DNA of 64,000 bases from Mobula hypostoma (lineage: Eukaryota). Made by a program: the position numbers and the translations under genes. Below the pieces are notes generated by a model. The model was not told the DNA's origin, did not search any database, and saw only the letters and a list, made by a program, of their open reading frames with translations. Below, in pieces: positions 25,496 through 39,150 of the stretch; position 1 is the first letter of the stretch, and each line of letters starts with the position of its first letter. The stretch is from assembly GCF_963921235.1 (NCBI RefSeq), contig NC_086097.1, positions 125,986,001 through 126,050,000 on the forward strand, in the 5' to 3' direction.

Positions 25496-26384
25496 TAGCT
25501 TTCAGCATTAAGGCAGCAAGTGTTATTGACAGTGCTGCCCAATTAATTTGATGGGAACTAGGACAGAGACAGAGACAGAGACAGACTGGTCTGCAATCAG
25601 ACCAAATTAGTATATGCAAGTAATTACAGTGCAGGAAAAAGCCGCATCGCTGACATTGAATTAAAAAGAACATACTAACAGATCAGTTCAAATGTACAGC
25701 AGTAAATGGTTATACATTAGAATTACATGCATTCAGGGAATACTCTGGAATGGAGAAACGTCTATGACCACTTGAAGGAAAATGGAAATGTCTTACTGCA
25801 GACAATAGAGCAAACACAGAAATCTGCTGTGTGCAAAGCCACAGGACAATACCTATTCCACCAGATTTTTCAAGAGTACACACAGAGTTAAGAATCACAA
25901 ACTAGTGTAAATTTCAATAACATCACAGGCGATGGTGTTGAAAAGCAAATGCAAAATCATAATTATTCATACACTCTTTCAATTGAGGCATTAACTAGTT
26001 TATTTTAACTGGGTTCATGTACTTTAAACATTTGCTGATTAATATTGCCGACATAACCTCCATTTTAAATGTGTTAAGTTGGCAATTTGTCATGTTAGTT
26101 GACACCTAACAATTTTCTACTTAATTAACAATCTGTACCAGTCTGAAGTTCCACTGGGAACCAGCATGCAGTTTATATGCTGGCACAGATAATCATAAAA
26201 TATAAAAACTTGTAAAATGACTCAGTCGAGAATGACTTAGATCCCATGCATGTGAAAAATGGTAAAATAAAACATGTTTCTTTAGTTTAAACATGACTTT
26301 CAAAATTGAAATGCTGCCATTATTGCATTGAATAAATGGAATCATAATTTCAGATTATTCAGATTAATCTTCTCCAGTTTTGTA

Positions 26385-27659
26385 TGTCATAAGGGGGCAT
26401 TGGTGGCGGACCCAAATACAAGACACAGACACTGAAGTACTAGGAACAGGACTAAGTGTGTCAAGGAAGCAAGGGAAGTGGGGAAGAAAGGACGCTGGAC
26501 AAGACACAGGCCCTGGACGAGACCAGGATACAGGGCCTGGGCTAGGACTAGACTAAGAAAGCAGAACCAGGACAAGGAACTAGGAACTAGGAGCCTGGGC
26601 TAGGTCTCCGAGCCAGAGACTGGACAAGGACCCAGAACCTAGTTCTTGACTTGGGCTCAGACCACAGGACTAGGTGAGGACGAGACGTGGCTACAGGACT
26701 GGACATGGCTTGGATTCTTCAAGACATGGCTACAGGACTGGACTCAGCTTGGGTTCTTCGAGGCTTGGGTATGGACTCTGAGCCAGAGACTGGTCTAGGA
26801 CCCAGAACCTGGGTCTTGACTCGGGCTCGGACTCCAGAACTAGGCGAAGACATGACGTGGCTACAGGACTGGACGAGGCTTGGATTCTTCGAAGCTTTCC
26901 TGGGCAGGACAAGATACTCCTGGGCTGGACGAGGCACATGGACAGGACAAGAACCTGAAGCCTTGACTTGGTCTTGGCAGAACAGGAACACAGAACCCTG
27001 GTCTTGGCAGAACAGGAACACAGAGCCTTGGTTTTGGCAGAACAGGAACACAGAGCCTTGGTCTTGGCAGAAAGGAACATGGAACACAGAGCAGGGACCC
27101 CTCCTTGGGAACAGGACTTGGGGTCGGCGCTCTACACAGAGTCAGGGCCCCTCCTAGGGAGCAGGACATAGGGCCAGGATTCATACACAGAACACTGAGA
27201 GACAGTTCTCCACTCAAGGTAGCGGCAAACAGCCGGACCTACCTAGCGAAGGCGTGGACACAGAGACAGTTCTCAACTCAAAGTAGTTGGCAAGTGGCCG
27301 GACCTACTTAGCAAAGGTGAGGACACAAAGACACAGTTCCAAACAACAAAAGACAGTTCCTTACCTAGACACAGCAAGGCTCCGGTCTTGCTCCGGCAGT
27401 AGAACTTGACAGCGGTACAGGTGAGGTTGCAGACAAGTCTTCAGGCCAAGGCTTCAGGCAAAGTTTGCAGTCAAGGGAACGGAACAGTCCAGCAACTGAA
27501 GCTGAACCCAGGAGCTACTTATGTAGCTAGCCCAAAATGAGAATCATGTGCTTCCATTAAGGCACACAACAGGACAAGAGAAAACTGGAAAACCTGGAAT
27601 ACTGATCGATGGACCGGACGGTGAACCGGAATGTGGACTTCACAGACCGGACCATGACA
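26385..27659 (-). mobile_element. Probable solo LTR (~1.27 kb) with internal tandem repeats
   Basis: TGTCAT...ATGACA termini; flanks TTGTA/TTGCG (possible decayed 5-bp TSD); internal 30-bp, ~60-bp and ~165-bp repeats. Confidence 0.65.
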
Positions 27660-28114
27660 TTGCGTCCAGCTCTTAGCTCCAACCCTCCCCATCCTGTCTT
27701 CTCTTATCATTTCAGATCTCCACCTCCCCCTCCCACTTTCAAATCTCTTCTTTCAGTTAGTCCTGACGAAGGATCTCGGCCCGAATTGATGACTGTACCT
27801 CTTCCAATAGATGCTGTCTGATCTGCTGCGTTCCATCAGCATTTTGTGTGTGTTGCTTGGATTTCCAGCATCTGCAGATTTCCTTGTGTTTGCATAATTT
27901 CAGATTACCCTGATTTGTATTGATTGAGGGAAGTGCTGCTTTGGAGGTTTGGGCTCTTGAAATTGTGACTGCATTGTGAAATATAAAAAGGACTGCATTT
28001 GACGAAAGTGCAGCGTTGCAAATCTCAGCTGCATTGCGCTGCTGAGGAGAACACGAGCATGAGTCGTACTGATCAATGCAATGACTCTGAATAAGTTATC
28101 TCAACAGTGGTAGT

Positions 28115-28535
28115 AATATTAGGCCATTCAGCCCATTGAGTCTGCTCCATCATTTTGTCCATCTCCACCCCATTCTTCTGCCTTCTCCCCATAACCTTTG
28201 GTGCACTTACTAATCAAGGACCTAACTTTAAATATACTCAAATGCCTTGGCCTCTAGCTCAAGAAATTCCTCCTCACCTCTGTTCTAAAGGGAATTCCTT
28301 GTACTCTGAGGCTGTGTATGTCCACTCTATCCAGGCCTTTCAAAATTCATTAAGCTTCAATGAGATTCCGCGCCCCCCACCCCCAACTCTTCTAAACTCC
28401 GATGAGTACAAGCCCAGAGCCATCAAACAATTCTCATATGTTAACCCTTTCATTCACAGTATCATTCCAGTGAACCTCCTCTGGATCGTCTCCAACGCTG
28501 ACTCATCCTTTCCTAGATAAGGGGCCGAAAACTGA
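28115..28535 (-). mobile_element. Old CR1 LINE 3' fragment
   Basis: Reverse complement of a CR1 3' end, similar to 32333-32850. Confidence 0.7.
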
Positions 28536-28613
28536 CAAAGTCAAAGAAAGTCAAAGTAAAGTTTATTATCAAAGTACTTATATGTTGTCATATAATACCT
28601 TGAGATTCACTTT

Positions 28614-31600
28614 ATAGACAATAGACAATAGATGCAGGAGTAGGCCATTCGGCCCTTCGAGCCAGCACCGCCATTCACTGTGATCATGGCCGATCATCCA
28701 CAATCAGTATCCAGTTCCTGCCTTATCCCCATAACCTTTGATTCCACTATCTTTAAGAGCTCTATCCATCTCTTTCTTGAAAGCATCCAGAGACTTGGCC
28801 TTCACAGCCTTCTGGGGCAGAGCATTCCATATATCCACCACTCTCTGGGTGAAAGAAGTTTTTCCTCAACTCCGTTCTAAATGGCCTACCCCTTATTCTT
28901 AAACTGTGGCCTCTGGTTCTGGACTCACCCATCAGTGGGAACATGCTTCCTGCCTCCAGTGTGTCCAATCCCTTAATAATCTTACATGTTTCAATAAGAT
29001 CTCCTCTCAGCCTTCTAAATTCCAGAGTATACAAGCCCAAGTCGCTCCAATCTTTCAACATATGACAGTCTTGTCATCCCGGGAATTAACCTTGTGAACC
29101 TACGCTGCACTCCCTCAATAGCAAGAATGTCCTTCCTCAAATTTGGAGACCAAAACTGCACACAATACTCCAGATGTGATCTCACCAGGGCCCTGTACAG
29201 CTGCAGAAGGACCTCTTTGCTCTTATACTCAATTCCCTTGTTATGAAGGCCAGCATGCCATTAGCTTTCTTCAATGCCTGCTGTACTTGCATGCCTGCTT
29301 TCAGTGACTGATGTACAAGAACACCTAGATCTCATTGTACTGCCCCTTTTCCTAACTTGACTCAATTTAGATAATAATCTGCCTTCCTGTTCTTACCACC
29401 AAAGTGGATAACCTCACACTTTTCCACATTAAACTGCATCTGCCCACTTACCCAACCTGTCCAAGTCACCCTGCATTCTCATAACATCCTCCTCACATTT
29501 CACACTGCCACCCAGCTTTGTGTCATCAGCAAATTTGCTAATGTTACTTTTAATTCCATCATCTAAATCATTAATATATATTGTAAGCAGCTGCGGTCCC
29601 AGCACTGAACCCTGCGGTACCCCACTGGTCACCGCCTGCCATTCCGAAAGGGACCTGTTAATCGCTACTCTTTGTTTTCTGTCAGCCAGCCAATTTTCAA
29701 TCCATGTCAGTACTCTGCCCCCAATATCATGTGCCCTAATTTTGCCCACTAATCTCCTACGTGGGATTTTATCAACTGCTTTCTGGAAGTCCAGATACAC
29801 TACATCCACTGGCTCTCCCTTGTCCATTTTCATAGTTACATCCTCAAAAAATTACAGATTAGTCAAGCATGATGTCCCCTTCATAAATCCATGCTGACTC
29901 GGACCAATCCTGTTACTACTATCCAGATGTGTCGTAATTTCATCTTTTATAATTGACTGCAGCATCTTTCCCACCACCGACGTCAGGCTAACCGGTCTAT
30001 AATTCCCTGTTTTCTCTCTTCCTCCCTTCTTGAAGAGAGGGCCAATATTAGCCACCCTCCAATCCACAGGAACTGATCCTGAATCTATAGAACATTGGAA
30101 AATGGTTACCAATGCGTCCACAATTTCTAAAGCCACCTCCTTAAGTACCCTGGGATGCAGACCATCCAGTCCCAGGGACTTATCAGCCTTCAGACCCAAC
30201 AGTCTATCCAACATCATTTCCTGCCTAATATAAATTTCCTTTAGTTCATCCATTACCCTAGGTCCTTTGGCCACTATTATATCTGGGAGATTGTTTGTGT
30301 CTTCCCTAGTGAAGGCAGATCCAAAGTACCTGTTCAACTCGTCTGCCATTTCCTTGTTCCCCATAATAAATTCACCCATTTCTGTCTCCAAGGGCCCAAT
30401 TTTGGTCTTAATTATTTTTTTTCCTTTTCACATACCCAAAGAAGCTTTTACTATTCTCCTTTATATTCTTGGCTAGTTTACCTTCATACCTCATTTTTTC
30501 TCTGCGTGTTGCCTTTTTAGTTACCTTCTGTTGATCTTTAAAAGTTTCCCAATCCTCTGGCTTCCCACTCGTCTTTGCTTTGTTATACTTCTTCTCTTTT
30601 ATTTTTATACTGTCCATTACTTCCCTTGTCAGCCACAGCCTCCCCTTATTCCCCTTAGGATCCTTCTTCCTCTTTGGAATGAACTGATCCTGCACCTTCT
30701 GCATTATTCCCAGAAACACTTGCCATTGCTGTTCCACTGTCATCCCTGCTAGGGTATTGTTCCATTGAACTTTGGCCAGCTCCTCCCTCATAGCACCATA
30801 GTTCCCTTTGTTCAACTGTAATACTGACACTTCCGAGTTTCCCTTCTCCCTCTCAAATTGTAGATTAAAACTTATCATATTATGGTCACTACCTCCTAAT
30901 GGCTCCTTTACCTGGAGGTCCCTGATTAAATCCGGTTCATTGCACAACACTAAATCTAGAATTGTGTTCTCTCTGGTAGGCTCCAATACAAGCTGTTCTA
31001 AGAATCCATCTCAGAGGGACTCCACAAACTCCCTTTCTTGGAGTCCAGCACCAACCTGATTCCTCCAGTCTACCTGCATGTTGAAATCCCCCATAACAAC
31101 TGTAGCATTACCTTTGCGACATGCCAATTTTAACTCTTGATTCAATTTACACCCTACATCCAGACTACTGTTTGGGGGCCTGTAGATAACTCCCATTAGG
31201 GTCTTTCTACCCTTAGAATTTCTCAGTTCTATCGATGCTGACTCTACGTCTCCTGATTCTATGTCCCCCCTCGCAAGGGACTGAAAATCATTCCCCACCA
31301 ACAGAGCCACCCCACCCCCTCTGCCCCTCAGTCTGTCCTTTCAATAGGACGTATATCCTTAAATATTCATTTCCCAGGCCCTGCCCACTTGAAGCCATGT
31401 CTCTGTTATTCCCACTACATCATACTTACCAATTTCCAACTGTGCCTCAAGCTTATCCACTTTATTTCTTATACTCCGTGCACTCATATACAATACCTTT
31501 AATTCATTACTCCCCTCACCTCCCACATCAATTTCTATTTCACTTGGCCATACTGTACGATCCCTTCTTGAGCTTTCTGCTCTGTTGATTCTGCTGTCTT

Positions 31601-31729
31601 TCTTAACTTTTCTTATTCTCACTTTCCCTTTATCTCCATCCTTATGTTTCCAGTTTGTCCCCTCCCCCCCACTACTTAGTTTAAACACACCCGTGTTGCA
31701 GAGGCAAACCTGCCTGCCAGAATGCTGGT
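28614..31729 (-). mobile_element. Young CR1 LINE covering ORF2 and the end of ORF1, disabled
   Basis: MSARSIRNK, GITETWL, GVIYRPP, MGDFN, GSDHNMI, YLDFQKAVDK, GVPQGSVLGP, FADDTKL; (TCTATTG)n tail on the minus strand at 28614-28630. Confidence 0.95.
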
Positions 31730-32332
31730 ATTGTTCCATTCTGCAGGTATTCACAGGTAAATAAAGAAATGTAATAGAATTTATGAAGAATGATACATTA
31801 AACAAAGACTGACAAAAACAATGAATGTGCAAAATGCAAACTGGAAGTAAAAATCCAAGTTCAAGTTTATTGTCATTCAACCAATCACATGTATACTCCC
31901 AAATGAAACAACATTCCTCCGGACCAAGTTGCACAATAAAGTTCTTACAATGCACGCACAATATATAAAATAATATTACCACAAATAACGTAACAAATAA
32001 TAAAGTGCATTTATGACACAAGTTAAAAAGTAAACAGCATAACTCTACTGGTGCTTCATTCGTGGTGAGTCTGGGTGGTGGCAGGGAGTTTAGTAGTCTC
32101 ACAGCCTGGGGGAAGAGGCTATTCCCCTTGTCCTAATGCCATTGTACCTCCTGCCTGATGGTAAGGGTGGGGGGGGGGTCAAGGAGATTGCTGGATAGAT
32201 GCAAGCAACCATTGACAATGCTAAGGTCCCTGTGTATACAAGCGTTCAAGATAAATATCTCGGATGGGTGGAAGAGAGATGTCGATATTATTATTTTTTA
32301 AATTATCCTGAGAACATGAATTGTAAAGAGTC

Positions 32333-34110
32333 CATAAGACCATAAGACATAGGAGCAGAATTAGGCCACTCATCCCATCGTGTGAGGCTCACTATTCCAA
32401 CATAGCTGATTTATTATCCCTCTCAACCCCATTCTCTTGCCTTCTCCCCATAACCTTTGATACCCTGACTAATCAAGAACCTATCAACCTCCACTTTAAA
32501 TATGCTCAATGACTTGGCCTCCTCAGCCATCTGTGGCAATGAATTCCCCAGATTCACCACCCTCTGGCTAAAGAAATTCCTCCTAATTTCTGCTCTAAAT
32601 GGATGTCTGTGCCCTTTGGTCCTAGATTCAACCACTAGTGGAAACATTCTCTCCAAATCCACTCTATCTAGGGCTTTCAATATTCAACAGGTTTCAATGA
32701 GATCCTGCCGCATTCTTCCACACTCCAGTGAGTATAGGCCCAGCGCCAACAAATACACCTCATGCATTAACCCTTTTATTCCTGGAATCATTTACATGGA
32801 CCTATTCTGGATCCTCTTCAATGCCAATACATCTTTTAATAGATAAGGCGCCCAAAACTGCTCACAATACTCCAAGTGTAGACTGACCAATATCTTATAA
32901 CGCCTCAGCATCATATTCTTGCTCTTATATTTCAGTCCTCTTGGATTGAATGCTAACATTGCATTTGACTTCCATACCACTGACTCAACCTGCAAGCTAA
33001 CCTTTAGGAAATCCTGCACAAGGATTCCCAAGTCCCTTTGCACCTCTGATTTTTGAATTTTCTCCCCAATTAGAAAATAGTCTACACCTTTATTCCTTCT
33101 ACCAAAGTGCATGCTTCCTCAACATTACCTACTCCTTCACTCATCTTTGTATCATCTGCAAACTTGGCTTCAAAGTCATCAATTCTATCATTGAAATATA
33201 GTGTGAAAAGTAGCGCTCCCAATACTGACCTAGACAGGACATCACTTGTCCCCAGCCAATCTTCTATTCATGCTAGAATATTTTCTGTAATACCAAGAGC
33301 CCTTATCTTGTTAAGCAGCGTTATGTGCTGCACCTTGTCAAAGGCTTCTGAAAATCCAAGTAAACAACATCTATTGACTCTCCTTTGTCTATTCTTCCTG
33401 TTAATTTCTCAAAGAATTCCAACAGATTCATCAGGCAAGATTTCCCCTAAAGGAAGCCATGCTGAATTCAGCCTACTTTATCATGCACCTCCAAGTACCA
33501 CAAAATCTCATCCTTAATGATGGACACCAACATCTTCCCAAGAGGCTGACTGGCCTATAATTTCCTTTTTTCTAGCTTCCTCCCTTCTTGAAGATTGGAG
33601 TTATATTTGCAATTATCCAGTCTTCTGGAACCATTCCAGAATCTAGTGATTCTGGAAAGATCTTTACCAATGCATCCACAATCTCTTCAACCACCTCTTT
33701 CAGAAACTTGGGGTGTAGACCAGGTGACGTATCTACTTTCAGATGTTTCTCCTTAGAAATAGCAACTACACTCATTTCTGCGCCCTGACACTCTCAAAAT
33801 TTCTGAATTACTGCTAAGCATCTTCCATAGTGAAGACCGACTCAAAATACTTATTATGTTTGTCTGCCATTTCTTTGTGCCCCATTGCTATCTCTCCAGC
33901 GTCATTTTTGCAATGGCCCAACATCCACTGTCACCTCTCTATTACTCTTTATATATCTGAATAAAGTTTTTGTTTCTTCTTTTCTATTATTAGTTAGCTT
34001 ACCTTCATATTTCATCTTTTCTCTCCTTATGGCTTTTTTAGTTGCCTTCTGTTGTTTTTTCAAAAGCTTCTCAATTCTCTATCTTCCCATTAATTTTTGT
34101 TATATTCGAT
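32333..34110 (-). mobile_element. Older CR1 LINE, 3' half
   Basis: LHPKFLKEV..EIVDALV, MHFGRRNK and HLEYCEQFWAPYL remnants; (TCTTATGG)n tail. Confidence 0.88.
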
Positions 34111-36622
34111 GCCCTCTCACAAACATATATGAAGATCATTGCACTTAGGACACTCAACATTTTCGCCTACATCCGCAAATATTTTACACCCTTGCTGTAT
34201 CTTTATTCCACTTGTGTTTCAGAATCAGAACCAAGTCCATTATCAATGATATATGTTGTGAAATATCTTGCTATTTTAAGGCAATGGTACGTTGCAATGC
34301 GTAAAATCTACTATAAATTACAATACGAAATACATATTAAAAATTAAATAAGTGCAAAAATAATGAGGTGGTGTTCATGGGTTCATTGTCCGTTTAGAAA
34401 CCTGAGGGCAGAGAGGAAGAAATTGCTCCTAAAAAGTTGAATGAGTGTCTTCAGGCTCCTGACCGTCTTCTCTGATGGTTGTAATGAGAAGAGGGCATGT
34501 CCCGCATGGTGGAGGTCTCTTGTGATGGATGTTGCCTTTTTTCTATGGCTCTTTGTGTAAACAGAAATTCTATTATAAATCCTACGAGAATCTTTCTTCA
34601 CTTTGCAACCATGTGCCACCCTATACTTCACTCACACTTACATTTAAAGCAATATTATACATCAATATTTTCTCCTTCCCTTAACAATCAATCTATTACC
34701 ATACAATTCAGATTTGGATTCAGATTTATTTATCACATTTATATTGAAACATACAATGAAATGTGTTGTTTGTGGTAACAACCAATACACCTAGGGATGT
34801 GTTGGGGGCCTCTCTAAAGTTATCTGAACATTTACTCAAAGCCCATATTCTAGACACTGGTTCCGCCCTCTACACATCTCCAGAAACTGAATATTCCTCT
34901 TGTTTCTTCTCCAGTACTGGATGTGGTTGTCAAGGCCAAACCAAAAATTTGGCCATTCTCTTCTTGGGCAAATTCCACTGAGATCTGACAAAGTAAAGTG
35001 GATTGCAAATAAACATGATAGATCCCATCTAGGTCTCTATAAGGAGAGAAGAACAAACTCTCATTCAATGCAGTTTGCACAGTAAAGTTAATATATTCTC
35101 CTGATTTTCAGGAAGAGCTCAACGTCTGTGGGGAGCTTCAAAGCTTCTCACTAGTGCCCTCTAGAGGGCCAGCAGTTTCAGGGGTTGTAAACTCAAGAGA
35201 TTCTGCAGATGCTGGAAATCTAGAGCAAAACAAACAAAATGCTGGAAGAACTCAGCATGTCAGGCAACATCTAAGGGAATACACAATTGATATTTTGGGC
35301 TGGGAACTTAACAGTAGAATTAGGTAAGTTTTAAAGCAGTTAACAACAGCAATGTAAATGTCAAGTCTAGGTCAAAGTAAATTTGTTATCAAAGTATGTA
35401 TATGTTACCATAAACTACCTTAATATTCATTTTCTTGCAGGAATTTACAGGAAAGTAAAGAAATACAACAGCATTTATGAAAAAAAACTATACCTAAAGA
35501 CTGACAAACAACTAATGTGCAAAAGAAGACAACATACAAATAAAAAATGAATAAATAGATAGACAGATAAATACTGAGAACATGAATTGTGGTGTATCCC
35601 ATTGGGAAGGAGGTACAGGAGCCTTAGATCCAATATCACCGGGTTCAGGAACAGTTATTACCCTTCAACCATCAGGCTCCTGAACCAGCGTGGATAACTT
35701 CACTCACCTCAACACTGAAATAATTTACTACCCAAAGACTCTCTTTCAAGGACTTGACAACTCATGTTCTCAGCATTATTTATTTACTTATTTATTTTAT
35801 TTGCACAGTCTGTCTTCTTTTGCACATTGGTTGTTTGTCAGTCTTTGTGTGTAGTTTTTCATTGATTCTGTTGTATTTTTTTGTTTTACTGTGAATGCCT
35901 GCAAGAAAATGAATCTCTGGGTAGCGTATGGTAGTACAAAAATGTACTTTGATAATAAATTTACTTTAAACTTTGAGTCCTTGAAGGGTGTCAGCCCAAA
36001 ATGTTGACTGTTTATGCTTCTCCATAGATGCTGCCTGACCTGCTGAGTTCCTCCAGCCTTTTATGTGTATTGGGTCTTGAGCTGGTGTAGGTCTATGGAA
36101 AACATAAAAAAGCAGGTGCATTTATTGGAAGCCCACTATGAATAAAATTTCCCAGTCCTTTACATTGCGAGAGCTAAATTGGTTGATGGACTTAGTAAAA
36201 ATAAGCAGAAATCTTAGCCCTTGGCATGACATTGTAATCAGATTTATTTTATTGAGAAAAAAAACAATTTTTCACATTCACGAGGAAATCTGCAGATGCT
36301 GAAATTTCAAGCAACACACAGAAAAATTGCTGGTGAATGCAGCAAGCCAGGCAGCTTCTATAGGAAGAGGTACAGTCAACGTTTTGGGCCGAGACCCTTC
36401 GTCAGGACTCTGGACCCCTGACCCCTCATCAAGAATTTTTCACATTCCTTTATATTTCCTTGTGCCCAACAGCATTGCATTGAATTGGTGTTGTTCCCCA
36501 TCTAAAATCACAATGTTATTGTATCGAAGTACAATGTACAATTATGTATCACTTGAGATCAAAAACCTTAAAATCCACTGGACTGGAGACTGGAGAGCCA
36601 GAGGCCAGACCTGGAGTTGAAG

Positions 36623-36624
<2 letters not shown>

Positions 36625-36676
<52 letters not shown>
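36625..36676. repeat. (GT)26 microsatellite
   Basis: Perfect dinucleotide run. Confidence 0.97.
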
Positions 36677-36677
<1 letters not shown>

Positions 36678-36929
36678 TGTAGAGGGAGAGTGAAGGAGAG
36701 GAAAGGGCCTTGTTTTCTTGTTGTTGTTTTGTTCCTTGTGTTCTGTGTTGCTCTGGTGAGCATTGTGGACGTGCTACATTGGCACTGGAATGAGTGGCGA
36801 CACTTGTGGGCTTTTCCCAACATATCCTTACGTTGTATTGTAAGCATCAAGAGATTCAGCAGATCCACATCAAAATGCTTAGTTACCTAGCAGGTCAAGC
36901 AGCATCTATGGAGATGAATATAAACAGCT

Positions 36930-38245
36930 GACACGCAAACGCGAGGAAATCTGCAGCTGCTGGAAATTCAAGTAACACACACAAAATGCTGATGGAATGC
37001 AGCAGGCCAGGCAGCATCTCTAGGAAGAGGTACAGTGAACGTTTCGGGCCGAGACCCTTCGTCAGGACTAACTGAAGGAAGAGTTAGTAAGAGATTTGTA
37101 AGTGGGAGGGGGAGGGGGAGATCCGAAATGACAGGAGAAGACAGGAGGGGGAGGGATGGAGCTGAGAGCTGGAAAGTTGATTGGCAAAAGGAATACGAGG
37201 CTGGGGAAGGGAGAGGATCATGGGACGGGAAGCCTAGGGAGAAAGAAAGGGGGAGGGGAGCCCAGAGGATGGAGAGCAGGTAAAGAGTTATAGTGAGAGG
37301 GACAGAGAGAGAAAAAAGAGAGAAAAAAAAGGGGGGGGAAAAGAAAAAAACAAACAAACAAATAAATAAATAAATAACGCAAATACGTGGAAATCTGCAG
37401 ATGCTGGAATTTCAAGCAACACACATAAAAGTTGCTGGTGTGCGCAGCAGGCCAGGCAGCATCTCTAAGAAGAGGTACAGTCCACGTTTTGGGCCGAGAC
37501 CAGCAACTTTTATGTGTGTTGGTTGAAATAAATGAATAAATAACGAATGGGGTACGAAGAGGAGGTGGGGCATGAATGGAAGTTAGAGAAGTCAATGTTC
37601 ATGCCATCAGGTTGGAGGCTACCCAGACGGAATATAAGGTGTTGTTCCTCCAACCTGAGTGTGGCTTCATCTTGACAGTAGAGGAGGCCGTGGATAGACA
37701 TATCAGAATGGGATTGGGACGTGGAATTAAAATGTGTGGCCACAGGGAGATCCTGCTTTCTTTAGCGGACAGAGCGTAGGTGTTCAGCGAAACGGTCTTC
37801 CAGCCTGCGTCGGGTCTCACCAATATATAGAAGGCCGCATCGGGAGCACCCGACGCAGTATATCACCCCAGCCGACTCACAGGTGAAGTGTCGCCTCACC
37901 TGGAAGGACTGTCTGGGGCCCTGAATGGTGGTAAGGGAGGAAGTGTAAGGGCATGTGTAGCACTTGTTCCACTTACACGGATAAGTGCCAGGAGGGAGAT
38001 CGGTGGGGAGGGATGGGGGGGACGAATGGACAAGGGAGTCACGTAGGGAGCGATCCCTGCGGAAAGCGGGGGGGGGGGAGGGAAAGATGTGCTTAGTGGT
38101 GGGATCCCGTTGGAGGTGGCGGAAGTTTTGGAGAATTATATGTTGGACCCGGAGGCTGGTGGAGTGGTAGGTTAGGACCAGGGGAACTCTATTCCTAGTG
38201 TGGTGACAGGAGGATGGAGTGAGAGCAGATGTGCGTGAAATGGGA
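36930..38245 (-). mobile_element. Penelope-like element 3' part (GIY-YIG endonuclease and tandem pseudo-LTR repeats)
   Basis: PLVLTYH, CKWNKCYTC, FTCESAGVIYCVGCSRCGLLYIGETRRRLEDRFAEHLRSV, LEEQHLIFRLGSLQPDGMNIDFSNF; hammerhead-like motif at 37034-37069. Confidence 0.9.
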
Positions 38246-38434
38246 AATTGATGCAGTTTTAAAGGCAAAGGGTGATCACACCGAAGTTTGATTTGATTTA
38301 ATTTTTTACTGTCTACTGCTCTCTATTGTACTTTACTTTTAATATTTAGAAATGTTTCCTCTCTTTATTTTTGGAAGTATCTTCACTTTACTGAATTTCT
38401 TTCTATGTGCTTAAGACTTTTGCACAGCACCGTA

Positions 38435-39150
38435 ACTCCCCCTCGTCCCCTTTGCTTTCCGCAAGGATCACACTCGTTGGTTCCCTTGTCCACTCGTCCC
38501 TCTCCACTAATCTCCCTCTTGCTGCTTTTCCCTGTAAGAGGAAGAAGTGCTACACCTGCCCAATCACCTCCTCCCTCACCTCCATTCAGGTCCTTCCAGG
38601 TGAAGCAACATTTCACCTGCAGGTCTCTTGGGGTTGTATGCTATATTGGGTTTTCCAGATGTGGCCTCCTCTACATTGGAGAGCCCCGCCGTAAATTAGA
38701 GGTCTGCTTTGTTGAGCACCTTCACTCCGTCCGCAATGAGTAGGATCTAGAGGAGCAACACCTCATATTCCATCCAAGTAGCCTCCATCCTGATGGCTTA
38801 GACTTCAATTTCTCTAGCTTTTGGTAATTTTGCTCCCTCACCCTTCCCTCTTCTTCCATTCCCCACTCTGGCCTCTTACTTCTTCTCCTCACCTGCCTAT
38901 CACCTCCCCCTGGCACCCATCCTCCTGCCCTTTCTTCCACGGTCCACTCTGCTCCCCCACCAGATTCCTTGTTCAGGCCTTTACCCCTTCCACCTACCAC
39001 CTGCCAGCTTCTCACTTCCTCCCCCCTCCCCCCAGCTTCATATTCCGGCTTCGTCCTCCTTCCTTTCCCGTCCCGATGAAGCGTCTCGGCCCAAAATGTT
39101 GTTTATTCTGTAGATTCTGCCTGACCTGCTGAGTTCCTCCAGCATTTTAA
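38435..39150 (+). mobile_element. Older Penelope-like 3' fragment
   Basis: CKRKKCYTC and FTCRSLGVVCYIGFSRCGLLYIGE remnants, followed by a pseudo-LTR tail. Confidence 0.82.

Noticed and set aside
26967..27090. CRISPR-like array or repeat protein (WSWQNRNTEP)n
   Set aside because: Head-to-tail 30-bp units without unique spacers, inside a probable LTR in vertebrate DNA; open frames on both strands follow from the unit length.
31359..32102. 247-aa minus-strand ORF
   Set aside because: Chimeric read-through of LINE 3' tails into the start of CR1 ORF2.
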